From: a bacterium
GTDB taxonomy: Bacteria > Patescibacteriota > Microgenomatia > Levybacterales > UBA12049
DNA length: 64,000 nt
Direction: 5' to 3'
Assembly: GCA_021813145.1 (NCBI GenBank)
Contig: JAKALS010000005.1
Location: 8,022 to 72,021 of the forward strand
In this document: piece by piece, positions 1 to 9,556 of the stretch
Numbering within the stretch: position 1 is the first letter of the stretch
Layout: the number at the start of each line of letters is the position of its first letter
Program-made: the position numbers and the translations under genes
The notes under the pieces: model-generated
Seen by the model: only the letters and a program-made list of their open reading frames with translations
What the model was told of the DNA's origin: nothing
The model's database searches: none

Positions 1-735
1 ATGCATAAGGAGCTTTTGCAGGGTGTAAGAGGAGATACAAAATCGCCAGGAGATTTTAGAACGTCACAAAATTGGGTGGGAGGAGTTAGTATTAACACTG
101 CCGCCTATGTTCCCCCTCCACATAATTATGTAATTGATTTAATGGGAAATATTGAAGATTATCTTCATGACAAGTCGCCTGTTCCAATACTAATAAAAAC
201 CGGATTAGTGCACGCACAGTTTGAAACGATCCACCCATTTTTAGACGGCAATGGAAGGATGGGAAGATTGTTAATCACATATTACTTATGTGAACAAGGG
301 ATACTAAGAGAACCTCTTCTTTATCTTTCTGATTTTTTTAAACGCAATAAGGGCCTTTATTATGATAAATTAACAGATTTTCGCAGGAGCGATGATATAG
401 AAGGGTGGTTAAAGTTCTTTCTCGAAGGTGTGATTGAAACATCTCAAAATGCCGTTGAAACAGCAAGAAAAATTATCAAGTTAAGAGAAGAGTCTTATGC
501 AAAAATATCTACTATGGGAGGGTCATCTGAAAAAGCGATGATTCTACTTAAAAGATTGTTCCAAATACCAATGGTTAGAGTAAAAGATGTTGAAACGATT
601 GTAGATTTAAAGAATCCGAACGCCTTAGCTCTGGTTTCCAAATTTGTTGCAAAAGGAATACTTAAAGAAATTACCGGCAAGCAGAGGAATAGGGTTTATT
701 CGTTTGTCGATTATATAGATATCTTTAATTCCTGA
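1..735 (+). CDS. Fic/Fido family protein, C-terminal part (5' end lies outside window)
   Basis: Translated ORF contains HPFLDGNGRMGR, matching the Fic motif HPFx[DE]GNGRxxR. The ORF is open from the window edge to a stop at 733-735. Confidence 0.8.
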   Translation: MHKELLQGVRGDTKSPGDFRTSQNWVGGVSINTAAYVPPPHNYVIDLMGNIEDYLHDKSPVPILIKTGLVHAQFETIHPFLDGNGRMGRLLITYYLCEQGILREPLLYLSDFFKRNKGLYYDKLTDFRRSDDIEGWLKFFLEGVIETSQNAVETARKIIKLREESYAKISTMGGSSEKAMILLKRLFQIPMVRVKDVETIVDLKNPNALALVSKFVAKGILKEITGKQRNRVYSFVDYIDIFNS

Positions 736-808
736 TAAAATAGTTTCTAATATCGTACAGACCAGAGAGCAAATTAGCCCTGCTACCCAGAATAAGACAG
801 AATTTTTA

Positions 809-857
809 TTGACAAACGTTAATAATGCTGATAATATATGAATATATGTTCATATAT
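809..857 (+). promoter_or_regulatory. sigma70-like promoter (TTGACA 809-814, 17-nt spacer, TAATAT 832-837) overlapping a perfect 9-6-9 inverted repeat ATATATGAA-N6-TTCATATAT (834-857); candidate ArsR operator
   Basis: Read directly from the sequence. The palindrome overlaps the -10 and the proposed arsR start (846), the classic position for ArsR/SmtB operators. Confidence 0.45.
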
Positions 858-1172
858 AAGAGGTGCAGCTGCAAGGTTAATCCCGGAAAATACGATTTCA
901 CCGATAAACAGGTTTTAGGTTTGGAAGAAAAGCTAAAGCTTTTGGGAGTTAAGGCAAGGCTTGAGCTTCTTTTAATGCTAAAGGAGGGTCCCCATTGCGT
1001 CTGCGATTTAATGACTCATACCAATCTTTCCCAAAGTCTTATTTCGCACCACCTCTCGGATTTGGCCTCGGCCGGTTTTATACAAAGCAAAAAAGAGGGA
1101 AAGTTCGTAGAATATGAATTAACAGACAAGGGAGAAAAATTAATAAATACGTTAAGGGAATTAGATGATTAA
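846..1172 (+). CDS. arsR: ArsR/SmtB family metalloregulator (arsenite-responsive type)
   Basis: Winged-HTH ArsR signature with PHCVCDL, matching the ELCVCDL As(III)-binding site of type-1 ArsR. The ORF track begins at 825, but that lies inside the promoter spacer, so ATG 846 is preferred. Confidence 0.75.
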   Translation: MFIYKRCSCKVNPGKYDFTDKQVLGLEEKLKLLGVKARLELLLMLKEGPHCVCDLMTHTNLSQSLISHHLSDLASAGFIQSKKEGKFVEYELTDKGEKLINTLRELDD

Positions 1173-1173
1173 A

Positions 1174-1416
1174 ATGAAAATACAAGTCTTAGGGTCAGGA
1201 TGCGCAAACTGCAGGAGACTTTTTGAAATGACAACGGAAATCGTCAGGGAATTAAATCTTGAAGCAAGCGTTGATTATATTACCGACGTTTCAAAAATTG
1301 TTGAACTGGGAATAATGTCTAGTCCTGTTTTGACAGTGAACGGGAAACCCGTGATGATAGGTTTTGTCCCCAACAAAGAGAAAATAAAAGATTTGATAGT
1401 CAAAGAATTGAATTAA
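1174..1416 (+). CDS. small thioredoxin-fold redox-active disulfide protein (CxxC = CANC), TM0996/MTH895-like
   Basis: MKIQVLGSGCANCRR...PVLTVNGKPV is the typical 'redox-active disulfide protein 2' architecture. Its start overlaps the arsR stop, suggesting an operon. Confidence 0.7.
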   Translation: MKIQVLGSGCANCRRLFEMTTEIVRELNLEASVDYITDVSKIVELGIMSSPVLTVNGKPVMIGFVPNKEKIKDLIVKELN

Positions 1417-1423
1417 TTTAGTT

Positions 1424-2392
1424 ATGGATCCTTTTTTCCCGGTGCAATTATTGGCGGATTTTGTGGCTTATAACCTTTTTCATTTGGGTAAGACAAGCCT
1501 TTTGGGAAATGCTCTTAATTTTTTTATCTACGACAGCATAAAAATTCTTATTCTTCTTTTGGTAATTATATTTTTGGTTTCTTATCTTAGGTCTTTTTTG
1601 TCTCCCGAGAAGACAAGAAAATTCCTTACGAAAAAATTCACTATTTTCGGAAATATTCTTGCCGCTTGCTTTGGCATCATCACACCTTTTTGCTCTTGTT
1701 CGGCAGTGCCTTTATTTATCGGTTTTGTTGAAAGCGGAGTTCCTTTGGGGGTTACCTTTTCCTACCTGATCTCGGCTCCGATGGTAAACGAAGTTGCGGT
1801 AATACTCTTGTTCGGCCTTTTCGGGCTTCCTGTTGCGCTTTTATACGCTTTTTCGGGAGTGACAATAGCTGTTATTGTCGGGTATGTGATGGGGAAGATG
1901 CATCTTGAGCCTCTGGTTGAGGATTATGTCTGGAAGATAAAAGGGGGAAATTTATCCGAAGAGAACAAATTAACAAAAAAAGAAAGAATAAACCAAGCTT
2001 ACCTGTATACTTTGGATTTAATTAAAAAAGTTTATCCTTATGTTTTGTTGGGTGTCGGAATAGGGGCATTGATACACGGATATGCCCCGTCGAATGCGTT
2101 GACAAAAATTGCCGGAAGGGGAAATATTCTGGCCGTTCCTGTTGCGGTATTGATCGGAGTCCCCCTGTACTCCAATTCCGCGGGCACAATACCTATTGTC
2201 CAGGCTTTAATTTCGAAAGGCCTTCCCCTAGGAACGGCCCTTGCCTTTATGATGTCCGTAACTGCTCTTTCTTTTCCCGAAATGGTGATCTTACGAAAAG
2301 TATTGAAACCAAAACTTTTGGGAATTTATATAGCAATACTAACATTAGGAATTATATTTACGGGGTATCTGTTTAACATTGTAATAAGATGA
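1424..2392 (+). CDS. arsP: ArsP-type permease (DUF318 family)
   Basis: Multi-TM protein with the conserved [10 protein letters not shown] motif (TPFcSCS) of ArsP organoarsenical permeases. It lies immediately downstream of arsR and the thioredoxin-like gene. Confidence 0.7.
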   Translation: MDPFFPVQLLADFVAYNLFHLGKTSLLGNALNFFIYDSIKILILLLVIIFLVSYLRSFLSPEKTRKFLTKKFTIFGNILAACFGIITPFCSCSAVPLFIGFVESGVPLGVTFSYLISAPMVNEVAVILLFGLFGLPVALLYAFSGVTIAVIVGYVMGKMHLEPLVEDYVWKIKGGNLSEENKLTKKERINQAYLYTLDLIKKVYPYVLLGVGIGALIHGYAPSNALTKIAGRGNILAVPVAVLIGVPLYSNSAGTIPIVQALISKGLPLGTALAFMMSVTALSFPEMVILRKVLKPKLLGIYIAILTLGIIFTGYLFNIVIR

Positions 2393-3591
2393 AACAAAAG
2401 CCGAGTTTAATAGAAATTATAAAAACAAGTTTGTTTATAGGAATCACGGGTTACGGGGGACCCGCGATTCTGGCCCAAATGAAAAAACATTTGGTAGAAA
2501 AAAACTGTTGGATAACAGAAGAAGAATTTATGAATACCTTAAGCCTTTCGCAGATTCTTCCCGGCTCAACTGGGGTAACTTTAATGGGATATTTCGGTTA
2601 TAAATTAAGGGGGATTTTGGGATGGATTATCCTCCCCGGTCTGTATATTCTCCCCGCATTTATTTTTACTACAATTTTGGCCCAAATATATTTTGAGTAT
2701 CATTCGTTAACCATAATTCAGAAATTCTTCATGGGTCTTGGGGCTTTGGTTGTTGCACTTTTGATTAACGCAATTTTAATGCTTGGAAAGTCAGTATTCG
2801 GAAAACTCGATAATAGAGACTATAAGGGATTTAGCGTTGCCATTGTTACCTTTTTACTCTCGGCATTTTCAGGCATAAACGTAATACTTATTATTTTACT
2901 CGCAGGTGTTCTGGGATTTTTATTTTATTTTTTTACCCATGAATATGAAGGAGCAAAACTGCATTCACACGATAAACTTCATATAAATACGCTACAAAAA
3001 TATTCCGTAGATATAAAACTTGTTTATCTTTTGATATTTCTAATCATTGCCTCTTTAGTTTTATGGTTTAGCCATTCGGTTATTTGGACACTATCGTCAA
3101 CATTTTTCCAGATAGGACTTTTTGCATTCGGTGGGGGGTTCGGCTCTATACCTCTAATCAATAGTATTGTCGTCAACGGATTTCATTGGCTAACTCTTCT
3201 CCAGTTTAGAGACGGAATTGCAATAGGTCAGATTACCCCAGGCCCGGTTTTTATTACCGCTGCATTCATAGGCTACAAAGTTTACGGATGGATTGGTGCA
3301 TTCTTTGCAACCATTGCAATTTTTCTTCCGTCACTTTTATTTATTATCTTATTGGGACAATTCCACGAAAAAATAAAACATTTAAAAGCGGTTAAAGTTT
3401 TGGTTAAGGGGTTCCAGGCGGGGTTTATAGGAATTATAGCAGCGGTTGCTTTGCAGTTTGGAGAAAAATCGCTTATTAACTGGCAGACCTGGGCAATATT
3501 TTTAGCAGCTCTTTTTGTTTTGATTAAACTTAAAAAAGATGTTATCTGGGTAATTTTAGGGACAGCTGTTGTGTCGCTGTTCTTATTTTAG
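2389..3591 (+). CDS. chrA: chromate transporter ChrA (two-domain CHR family)
   Basis: Both duplicated CHR halves are present ([11 protein letters not shown]... and [12 protein letters not shown]...[17 protein letters not shown]). The start overlaps the arsP stop by 4 nt. Confidence 0.85.
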   Translation: MKQKPSLIEIIKTSLFIGITGYGGPAILAQMKKHLVEKNCWITEEEFMNTLSLSQILPGSTGVTLMGYFGYKLRGILGWIILPGLYILPAFIFTTILAQIYFEYHSLTIIQKFFMGLGALVVALLINAILMLGKSVFGKLDNRDYKGFSVAIVTFLLSAFSGINVILIILLAGVLGFLFYFFTHEYEGAKLHSHDKLHINTLQKYSVDIKLVYLLIFLIIASLVLWFSHSVIWTLSSTFFQIGLFAFGGGFGSIPLINSIVVNGFHWLTLLQFRDGIAIGQITPGPVFITAAFIGYKVYGWIGAFFATIAIFLPSLLFIILLGQFHEKIKHLKAVKVLVKGFQAGFIGIIAAVALQFGEKSLINWQTWAIFLAALFVLIKLKKDVIWVILGTAVVSLFLF

Positions 3592-3664
3592 GTGACAATA
3601 TTTTATTGAAATAAGTTCTATCCCCTTGATCGTATTCAGCGTAAACCATTTCGCTTCTGATATA

Positions 3665-4231
3665 ATGTCTTCTATCAAAAATATGTCGAAAATTAATTTT
3701 GAAACAAAACTTTACAAAATTAGAGATTGGACAATTCTTTGGCTTCCTCAGCAAGCAAGCGCAAAACTTCCTACCCGTGCCATAACAATGGTTTCGGGGA
3801 CTATAAACGGAGTTCCTTTTAAGGCGCTGCTCGAGCCGGACGGAAAGTATTCGCCCGATAAGAAGCCCAGCCACTGGTTTAGGCCCGACAAAAATTTGCT
3901 TGAAAAAGCCAAAGCTTCGGCAGGGGACACCGTTCGGGTTTCGCTTGAGCCGACCAAGGAATGGGTAGAACCCGAGGTCCCCAAAGATATAAAAAAAGCC
4001 CTGTCCACTTCAAAAAAAGCGGAGGAACTTTGGAATGACATAACACCGAGTGCCCGGTGGGATTGGATCCGTTGGGTCAGGGCCGTAAAAACGGAGGAGA
4101 CCAGGGAAAAACATCTCGGGGTAATGCTGGATAAACTAAATAAAGGCATGAGAAGGCCATGCTGTTTTAACAGAAATTTATGCAGTGAGCCCTATGTCTC
4201 CCATAACTGGGCTCTCCTAGACCCCTCTTGA
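3665..4231 (+). CDS. YdeI/OmpD-associated family protein (DUF1905 + DUF1801-like)
   Basis: An N-terminal DUF1905-like beta region is followed by a C-terminal ARWDWIRWV...EETREKH motif typical of the YdeI family. The start is chosen at an internal ATG. Confidence 0.6.
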   Translation: MSSIKNMSKINFETKLYKIRDWTILWLPQQASAKLPTRAITMVSGTINGVPFKALLEPDGKYSPDKKPSHWFRPDKNLLEKAKASAGDTVRVSLEPTKEWVEPEVPKDIKKALSTSKKAEELWNDITPSARWDWIRWVRAVKTEETREKHLGVMLDKLNKGMRRPCCFNRNLCSEPYVSHNWALLDPS

Positions 4232-4255
4232 CGCTATATCGTGAAGTGATATAAT
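4228..4255 (+). promoter_or_regulatory. promoter: TTGACG (4228-4233), 16-nt spacer, extended -10 TGaTATAAT (4247-4255), 6 nt before ATG 4262 (leaderless)
   Basis: Read directly from the sequence. Confidence 0.45.
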
Positions 4256-4261
4256 AACTTC

Positions 4262-4537
4262 ATGAAGAGTTTTAAAAAATATTTTTTTCTAACTTTAATT
4301 TTATCATTCATTCTTTTGGGAATAATTTTTATAAATCAATATTTCGTTCTAAAAAAAGCCCACAGTTCGTTTGAAAATTATTATGCTTTCAGGGGGTGTG
4401 TCTCTTTGATAAAAAGAACTGCCGGTTACGGGACTTGTAAATTGCAAAACGGCCGGCAGATAAAACTTGTCAAATTTCAGAACAAATGGTATCTAGACAA
4501 TGATTTGCCTTTGTGTTTATTCGGAAAATGCTTCTGA
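4262..4537 (+). CDS. hypothetical small secreted/membrane-anchored protein (4 Cys)
   Basis: N-terminal hydrophobic helix and a strong upstream promoter. No recognisable domain. Confidence 0.45.
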   Translation: MKSFKKYFFLTLILSFILLGIIFINQYFVLKKAHSSFENYYAFRGCVSLIKRTAGYGTCKLQNGRQIKLVKFQNKWYLDNDLPLCLFGKCF

Positions 4538-4577
4538 ATCGGTTGACAAAATCCCTCTTGTCTGAAAGCATTAAATA

Positions 4578-5561
4578 GTGGACAAATTAAAAATATTAAG
4601 AAATATTATTTTAATAATTTTTCTTCTTCTTGCGGTTAAAGTTTTATATCCCCATATCTCCGATATCCAAAAACTTTATGCCGCCAAAAACTCGCTTAAT
4701 TATTTTTGGATAGTAATTGCTATTCTTTCACAACTTAGCCAATACGTAGAAGACGGAATTTTTACGAAATTGATGTTTAAGCTTGTAAACTTCAGGATAA
4801 AAATCAAGGATACGGTAAGAGTGGCTTCTTTAGATGTTTTTGCAACACGTCTTTTCCCCGTAGGTCAATTGGGTCCTTTAGCTGCCACTTTTTATTTTTA
4901 TCACAAATTCGGAATAGACTACGATGCCATAATTTTCCTTAATTTTTTATACAGCGTTGCCGGAATTTCCCTAATGGTACTGCTTTTGCTTATTTCTTTG
5001 CCTACAATACCTTTTTCTACTTTTGAAATTCCCGTCCATCTTTATCTTTTCATAACTGTCGTTATTATGGTTTTAATATCTTTTACTGTGCTTTTTCTTT
5101 TAATAAGGGTAAAGGATTTTCATAAAAAAATTTTTTTCTATTTCAGTAAATTTGAATGGTTTAAAAAAGTTGAACAAATCCTCGGAAAAGTAGAAACTTA
5201 TAAAAATTTATTCAAGAATCATAAATTCAGATTTATCGGATACTCGTTCGGAAAAAATTTATTCTATTACCTTGCGGATATAGTCACTTTGGAAGCTTGT
5301 TTTTTGGCGTTTCATGTAGAGCCGCATATCTCATTAATAATATTTGCCTATATAATTTCTCAGGTTGCCGGGGCCCTGACGCTTTTGCCCGCAGGATTAG
5401 GTTCTACCGATGCAACTCTTGGAATAGTATTTCTCTCTACAAATATCAATCCGGGAATTTCGGTTACGGTTATTATCCTTTACAGACTTATATCTTTAAT
5501 TCTTCCTTTCCCGTTAGGTATTTTATCTTATTATTCGCTGAAAAAAGAATTTAAAAGTTAA
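4578..5561 (+). CDS. integral membrane protein, UPF0104/lysylphosphatidylglycerol-synthase-TM-like (flippase-like)
   Basis: About 8 TM helices and a C-terminal PAGLGSTDATLG motif resembling the GGLGxxE of the UPF0104 family. GTG start. Confidence 0.5.
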   Translation: MDKLKILRNIILIIFLLLAVKVLYPHISDIQKLYAAKNSLNYFWIVIAILSQLSQYVEDGIFTKLMFKLVNFRIKIKDTVRVASLDVFATRLFPVGQLGPLAATFYFYHKFGIDYDAIIFLNFLYSVAGISLMVLLLLISLPTIPFSTFEIPVHLYLFITVVIMVLISFTVLFLLIRVKDFHKKIFFYFSKFEWFKKVEQILGKVETYKNLFKNHKFRFIGYSFGKNLFYYLADIVTLEACFLAFHVEPHISLIIFAYIISQVAGALTLLPAGLGSTDATLGIVFLSTNINPGISVTVIILYRLISLILPFPLGILSYYSLKKEFKS

Positions 5562-6091
5562 GGTGAAATTTTAAAGTTCTGGTAACGGGGAAACCAGGAA
5601 ATTTGTTTTCCCGAACTATCGTAAATTCCTACATTCACAAAATAAGTTCCCGGGTTAAGAGTCGGCGGGGTATCCATAGAAATAGTTTTTGTTTCCGACG
5701 GATCAAGCGTAATGTTTGAAAATTTTTTGTCTGTAATCCTTTGGTTTTGTGAATTGGAAATAATAATATCCGCGGAGAAAGTTATTTGCACGGATGAATA
5801 GTTTTCCAAAGTTCCGTTAAAAGTGGAGGTTGAGCCCTTTTTAAAGTAATAGTCGGACATGGAGTTTTGCGTAAGCTGAACGTTTCCCTTTACCGTTGAG
5901 GTTTTTGAAAATGCGTTTGGCGAGGAGGGTGAAAAAGAACCGTAGGGAACGGCCGGAGAGGATTCCGATTTGAAAATATTAAAAATTTTTGCCCCGGATA
6001 TAATGACGGCAATTGCAAAAACTGCAATTCCGATTTTTAATATATTTTTATGGACAGGCAAAAGATATTTTTTAAAACCAGGCCTTTGCAT
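5558..6091 (-). CDS. hypothetical secreted protein (N-terminal TM anchor)
   Basis: 177-aa ORF convergent with the 4578 gene. No known motif. Confidence 0.45.
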   Translation of the reverse strand: MQRPGFKKYLLPVHKNILKIGIAVFAIAVIISGAKIFNIFKSESSPAVPYGSFSPSSPNAFSKTSTVKGNVQLTQNSMSDYYFKKGSTSTFNGTLENYSSVQITFSADIIISNSQNQRITDKKFSNITLDPSETKTISMDTPPTLNPGTYFVNVGIYDSSGKQISWFPRYQNFKISP

Positions 6092-6143
6092 ACGGGAATT
6101 GTAGAAAAAGGAAATTAAAATTGTTTAAAAAATCGGTAAGAAA

Positions 6144-6755
6144 TTATGAAGCGGCGGAAAATATAGGCACGGCAACCAGGGGTCTGTACGGGACAGGTTC
6201 AAAACGGACATTAAAAGGAAGAGGTTCTTTTATGGGTTGTTTTTCCCTGGGAGAAAGAAATTTTACGACAAGATTTGCGTCCGGAGGAATATAAATCGCC
6301 GGAATTGTAATTTCCGGCTCAAGCGAATTAAGGATATTCTGAAGTCTTTGAGGATTTTGTCGCACACGCTCAAGAGTACTCGAAATTTGGTTCATTTTTC
6401 TTACGACTCCGTTTGTTTTTCCCGATTTAAATTCCGCCAAACCGCTTAATATAACCCCGTCCCTATAAGGCTTAAACCACATTGCATCCATTCTGCCTTC
6501 ATCCGGCATGTCAGATTTTCCAAAAGCCCAGTCTATATAGTGAGGGCCGAATAAAAAAGCATTCGGATACATATCCATTAAATATTCGAAACAGGCATCT
6601 TCGTATTCCTGTTGTCTGTTTTTGTTTTTGACCTCGATATCCATTCCTCTTGGAGTCCTGATATTTGGATAATAGATTATTTGCGGCAATGAGGGGTCCC
6701 TTTCAAAAGGCGTTTGGAGCATTTCGGCCACTATTCTTCGTCCAAATTCAATCAT
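6144..6755 (-). CDS. hypothetical protein
   Basis: 203-aa ORF with coding-like composition. Contains ERD...GMDIEVK, a weak PD-(D/E)xK-like pattern. Confidence 0.5.
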   Translation of the reverse strand: MIEFGRRIVAEMLQTPFERDPSLPQIIYYPNIRTPRGMDIEVKNKNRQQEYEDACFEYLMDMYPNAFLFGPHYIDWAFGKSDMPDEGRMDAMWFKPYRDGVILSGLAEFKSGKTNGVVRKMNQISSTLERVRQNPQRLQNILNSLEPEITIPAIYIPPDANLVVKFLSPREKQPIKEPLPFNVRFEPVPYRPLVAVPIFSAAS

Positions 6756-7094
6756 CCTTTTAACAAAATATTAACGGAGAAAAATTATTTTCACAAGAGG
6801 CAAATTGAAGCTGGACTTGTGATTAAGATTACAAAATTATAAAATCGGCTTATGGAACTTGAGAAGGTGTCAAACATAGAATTTTCATTAAGCAAAAGAA
6901 CTAAGGAAGAGGTTTTGGAATGCTATCTATGTTACTTGTTTTTGCAGGAGGAGCGGGTTTTTTGGAGCAAATACAAAGACAAAATTATAATCCGGTTTTA
7001 ACAACAGCTTCGGTTGCGGCTTTTATAAGCGGTAGTATGATTAGTTTTTCCCCTATTGAGGAAAAATTTGAAGCGCCGCAGGATGGGGAAATAT

Positions 7095-7124
7095 TTGACA
7101 ATTTTTAGAAATAATGTCTATATT
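7095..7124 (+). promoter_or_regulatory. promoter TTGACA (7095-7100), N18, TATATT (7119-7124), 7 nt before ATG 7132
   Basis: Read directly from the sequence. Confidence 0.4.
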
Positions 7125-7131
7125 AGATTAG

Positions 7132-7629
7132 ATGAAAAAGTTCTTAAAAGAATGGGAATGGTTTTCATTTAAAGATTACAGGCATTTACCCGTTTTTATC
7201 GGTTTTATAGTTTTACTTTTGGGGCTCACTATAGCAATAACGCTTGCAACAAATGCTACCTCGGGAGGTCAGTCGGGAGCAAGTTACCAAAAATGCGTTC
7301 CTCTTCCTCCTTGCTACGCTTCAAACAGATGCCCTGAAATCATCAATTACAGAATTCCCAATATGAGATGGTGCCTTCCGAGCCCTACTCCGTCTATGTT
7401 CCCCGTACCTACGCCCGGGGTTTTTCCGACTCCCGGTCAAAGAGGTTGTTACTATGTGCAAGGAGTATGTCCTTTGACTGCATGTAGGCAGGGATATCCT
7501 TGTCCGACATGCCCGCCTAGGCTTATTTGTCCCAGCCCGGTACCGACTGCTACGCCGGTTATAAAACCGACCTTTACACCGGTTCCGGTCCATACACTTG
7601 TACCAAGGCCGAGGGTTAATCCCTATTAA
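7132..7629 (+). CDS. secreted Cys/Pro-rich protein (signal anchor plus 12 Cys)
   Basis: N-terminal TM helix followed by a PxP/Cys-rich low-complexity region. Confidence 0.5.
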   Translation: MKKFLKEWEWFSFKDYRHLPVFIGFIVLLLGLTIAITLATNATSGGQSGASYQKCVPLPPCYASNRCPEIINYRIPNMRWCLPSPTPSMFPVPTPGVFPTPGQRGCYYVQGVCPLTACRQGYPCPTCPPRLICPSPVPTATPVIKPTFTPVPVHTLVPRPRVNPY

Positions 7630-7642
7630 TGCGTTTTCTTCG

Positions 7643-8296
7643 ATGAACAAAATTCAAGTAGTAAATAAAACTGCCGCTTATGCGAAGAAAACGCTTTCCG
7701 GAGAAAGTTCCGGGCACGACTGGTGGCATGTAAAAAGGGTATGGGAAACATCAAAACGTATAGGGAAAAAAGAAAAAGCGGATATGTTTGTCGTTGAGCT
7801 GGCAGCTCTTTTGCACGATATCGCAGATTATAAGCTAAACGGGGGGAATGAAGAAATAGGCCCAAAAACGGCAGCGGTATGGCTCAAAAGCCTTGGAGTT
7901 GACCGAGAAACTATAGAGCATATTACAAGGATAATAAGAGATTTAAGTTTTAAAGGGGCAAAAGTAAAAACAGAAATGGAGACAATTGAAGGGGAAGTTG
8001 TTCAGGACGCGGACAGGTTGGACGCTTTGGGGGCAATAGGAATAGCCAGGACTTTTGCATACGGAGGAAAAATGGGAAGGGAAATCTACGACCCGGGCAC
8101 AAGAGCTAAACTCCACAAAAGTTTTAAGGAATATAAAAACTCAAATGGGCCGACGATAAACCACTTCTATGAAAAACTACTTTTGCTTAAAGCCAGGATG
8201 AATACCAAAACTGCAAAAAAAATGGCCGGGGAAAGAGATAAATTTATGAGAGATTTTTTGAAAAGATTCTATAAAGAATGGGAGGGGAGAGTCTAG
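7643..8296 (+). CDS. HD-domain phosphohydrolase
   Basis: WHVKRV...LLHDIADYK gives the H...HD motif of HD-superfamily hydrolases (YedJ-like). Confidence 0.75.
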   Translation: MNKIQVVNKTAAYAKKTLSGESSGHDWWHVKRVWETSKRIGKKEKADMFVVELAALLHDIADYKLNGGNEEIGPKTAAVWLKSLGVDRETIEHITRIIRDLSFKGAKVKTEMETIEGEVVQDADRLDALGAIGIARTFAYGGKMGREIYDPGTRAKLHKSFKEYKNSNGPTINHFYEKLLLLKARMNTKTAKKMAGERDKFMRDFLKRFYKEWEGRV

Positions 8297-8329
8297 ATTT
8301 AGCCGCTTTTTTTCTGTTATAATTGTCGA

Positions 8330-9526
8330 ATGCCCTCGAAATCAGGAGCAAAAACCAAAGCAAAAAAAACCCCTAAAAGAGTAAAATCTGCCCAGGCCAC
8401 GGGGATTTTGACACATAGAATTTCCGTTTTTGCGACAGGGTTTTTAGCCGCCGCGATATTTATTATTGCCCTGTCTTTTGTTTTAGTCCGGATAAACCAG
8501 ACTTTTGCCGCAAATTTTGCAGACAATGTTTTAAGACCCGTTATCGGAAATACGGCAACAATAAAAATAGAATCTTTATTTTTTGGCGTAGAAGATAATG
8601 TAAATAAGGTAAAATATGCTCTTGTAAAGCCGACGCCCGTTTTATTTACACAGGTTTCGCGGGAAAAAAGTATATATGCCGATTATAGTAATTCTTTTAG
8701 CTTAAACAGGATAACCTCTCTTTCTTATTTTTCTCTTTTTCCGGGCGAAGGCCAATGGAGCCCCATCTATAACGGTTCTTCGGAAGCGTATATGGAAAAA
8801 ACATTCGTAAGACCTGATCCTCAAAGGCCGTATGCGGTGGTATCTCTGGTTAAAATGGACATGAGCCATTTAAGTATTAATGCCGTTGCGGGGACCCGGG
8901 AACCGGGTGGTACTCAGAATCCCGGGCCCGGAAAAGTCCCCGAGGTAGTGCAAAAGAGCAACGATCTTGTGGCCGCTTTTAATGGAGGTTTTCAGCAAAA
9001 AGACGGACATTACGGAATGATAGTAAACGGGAAAACTTACCTCCCTCTTAAAAAAGGATTGGCAACCCTCGTAATTTACAACGGATATAAACCCCAAATA
9101 GTCGATTATGAGGGACAAAGCCTCGGGCAGAATGTAGTTACAATAAGGCAGAATGGACCGATGCTCTTGGAGAATGGACAGGATGTGACTTCATCAAGCG
9201 CCTGGAATATGCAGACCTGGGGGTTAACAATCACAAACTCGATGTACACATGGCGTTCGGGAATAGGGGTAACAAAAAACGGAAATCTTATTTATGCCGT
9301 AGGACCCTCTCTTGTTCCCGAAACTCTGGCTGCCGCACTAAAAGCAGCAGGAGCGGTAGATGCAATGCAGCTTGATATAAACCCGGTCTGGGTAAGGTTT
9401 GTAGTTTTTACTCCCCTGGGTAACGGACAATACAACTATTATCCTCTGACAAAAGACATGACTAACGGAGGCTATCAGGATCTTACGGGTTATCAAAAAG
9501 ATTTCTTCTATCTTATCAAAAAATAA
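8330..9526 (+). CDS. phosphodiester glycosidase family protein (DUF2233-like), membrane-anchored
   Basis: Lys-rich N-terminal tail plus TM helix. Central AAFNGGF...GMIVNGK...IGVTKNGNLIYAV resembles the DUF2233 family. Confidence 0.5.
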   Translation: MPSKSGAKTKAKKTPKRVKSAQATGILTHRISVFATGFLAAAIFIIALSFVLVRINQTFAANFADNVLRPVIGNTATIKIESLFFGVEDNVNKVKYALVKPTPVLFTQVSREKSIYADYSNSFSLNRITSLSYFSLFPGEGQWSPIYNGSSEAYMEKTFVRPDPQRPYAVVSLVKMDMSHLSINAVAGTREPGGTQNPGPGKVPEVVQKSNDLVAAFNGGFQQKDGHYGMIVNGKTYLPLKKGLATLVIYNGYKPQIVDYEGQSLGQNVVTIRQNGPMLLENGQDVTSSSAWNMQTWGLTITNSMYTWRSGIGVTKNGNLIYAVGPSLVPETLAAALKAAGAVDAMQLDINPVWVRFVVFTPLGNGQYNYYPLTKDMTNGGYQDLTGYQKDFFYLIKK

Positions 9527-9556
9527 ACCCTTGAAAACTAATGATATAATTTTGTG

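Noticed and set aside
825-845. ORF-track start of arsR at 825
   Set aside because: That ATG lies inside the 17-nt spacer between the -35 and -10 of the only plausible promoter, so ATG 846 is preferred.
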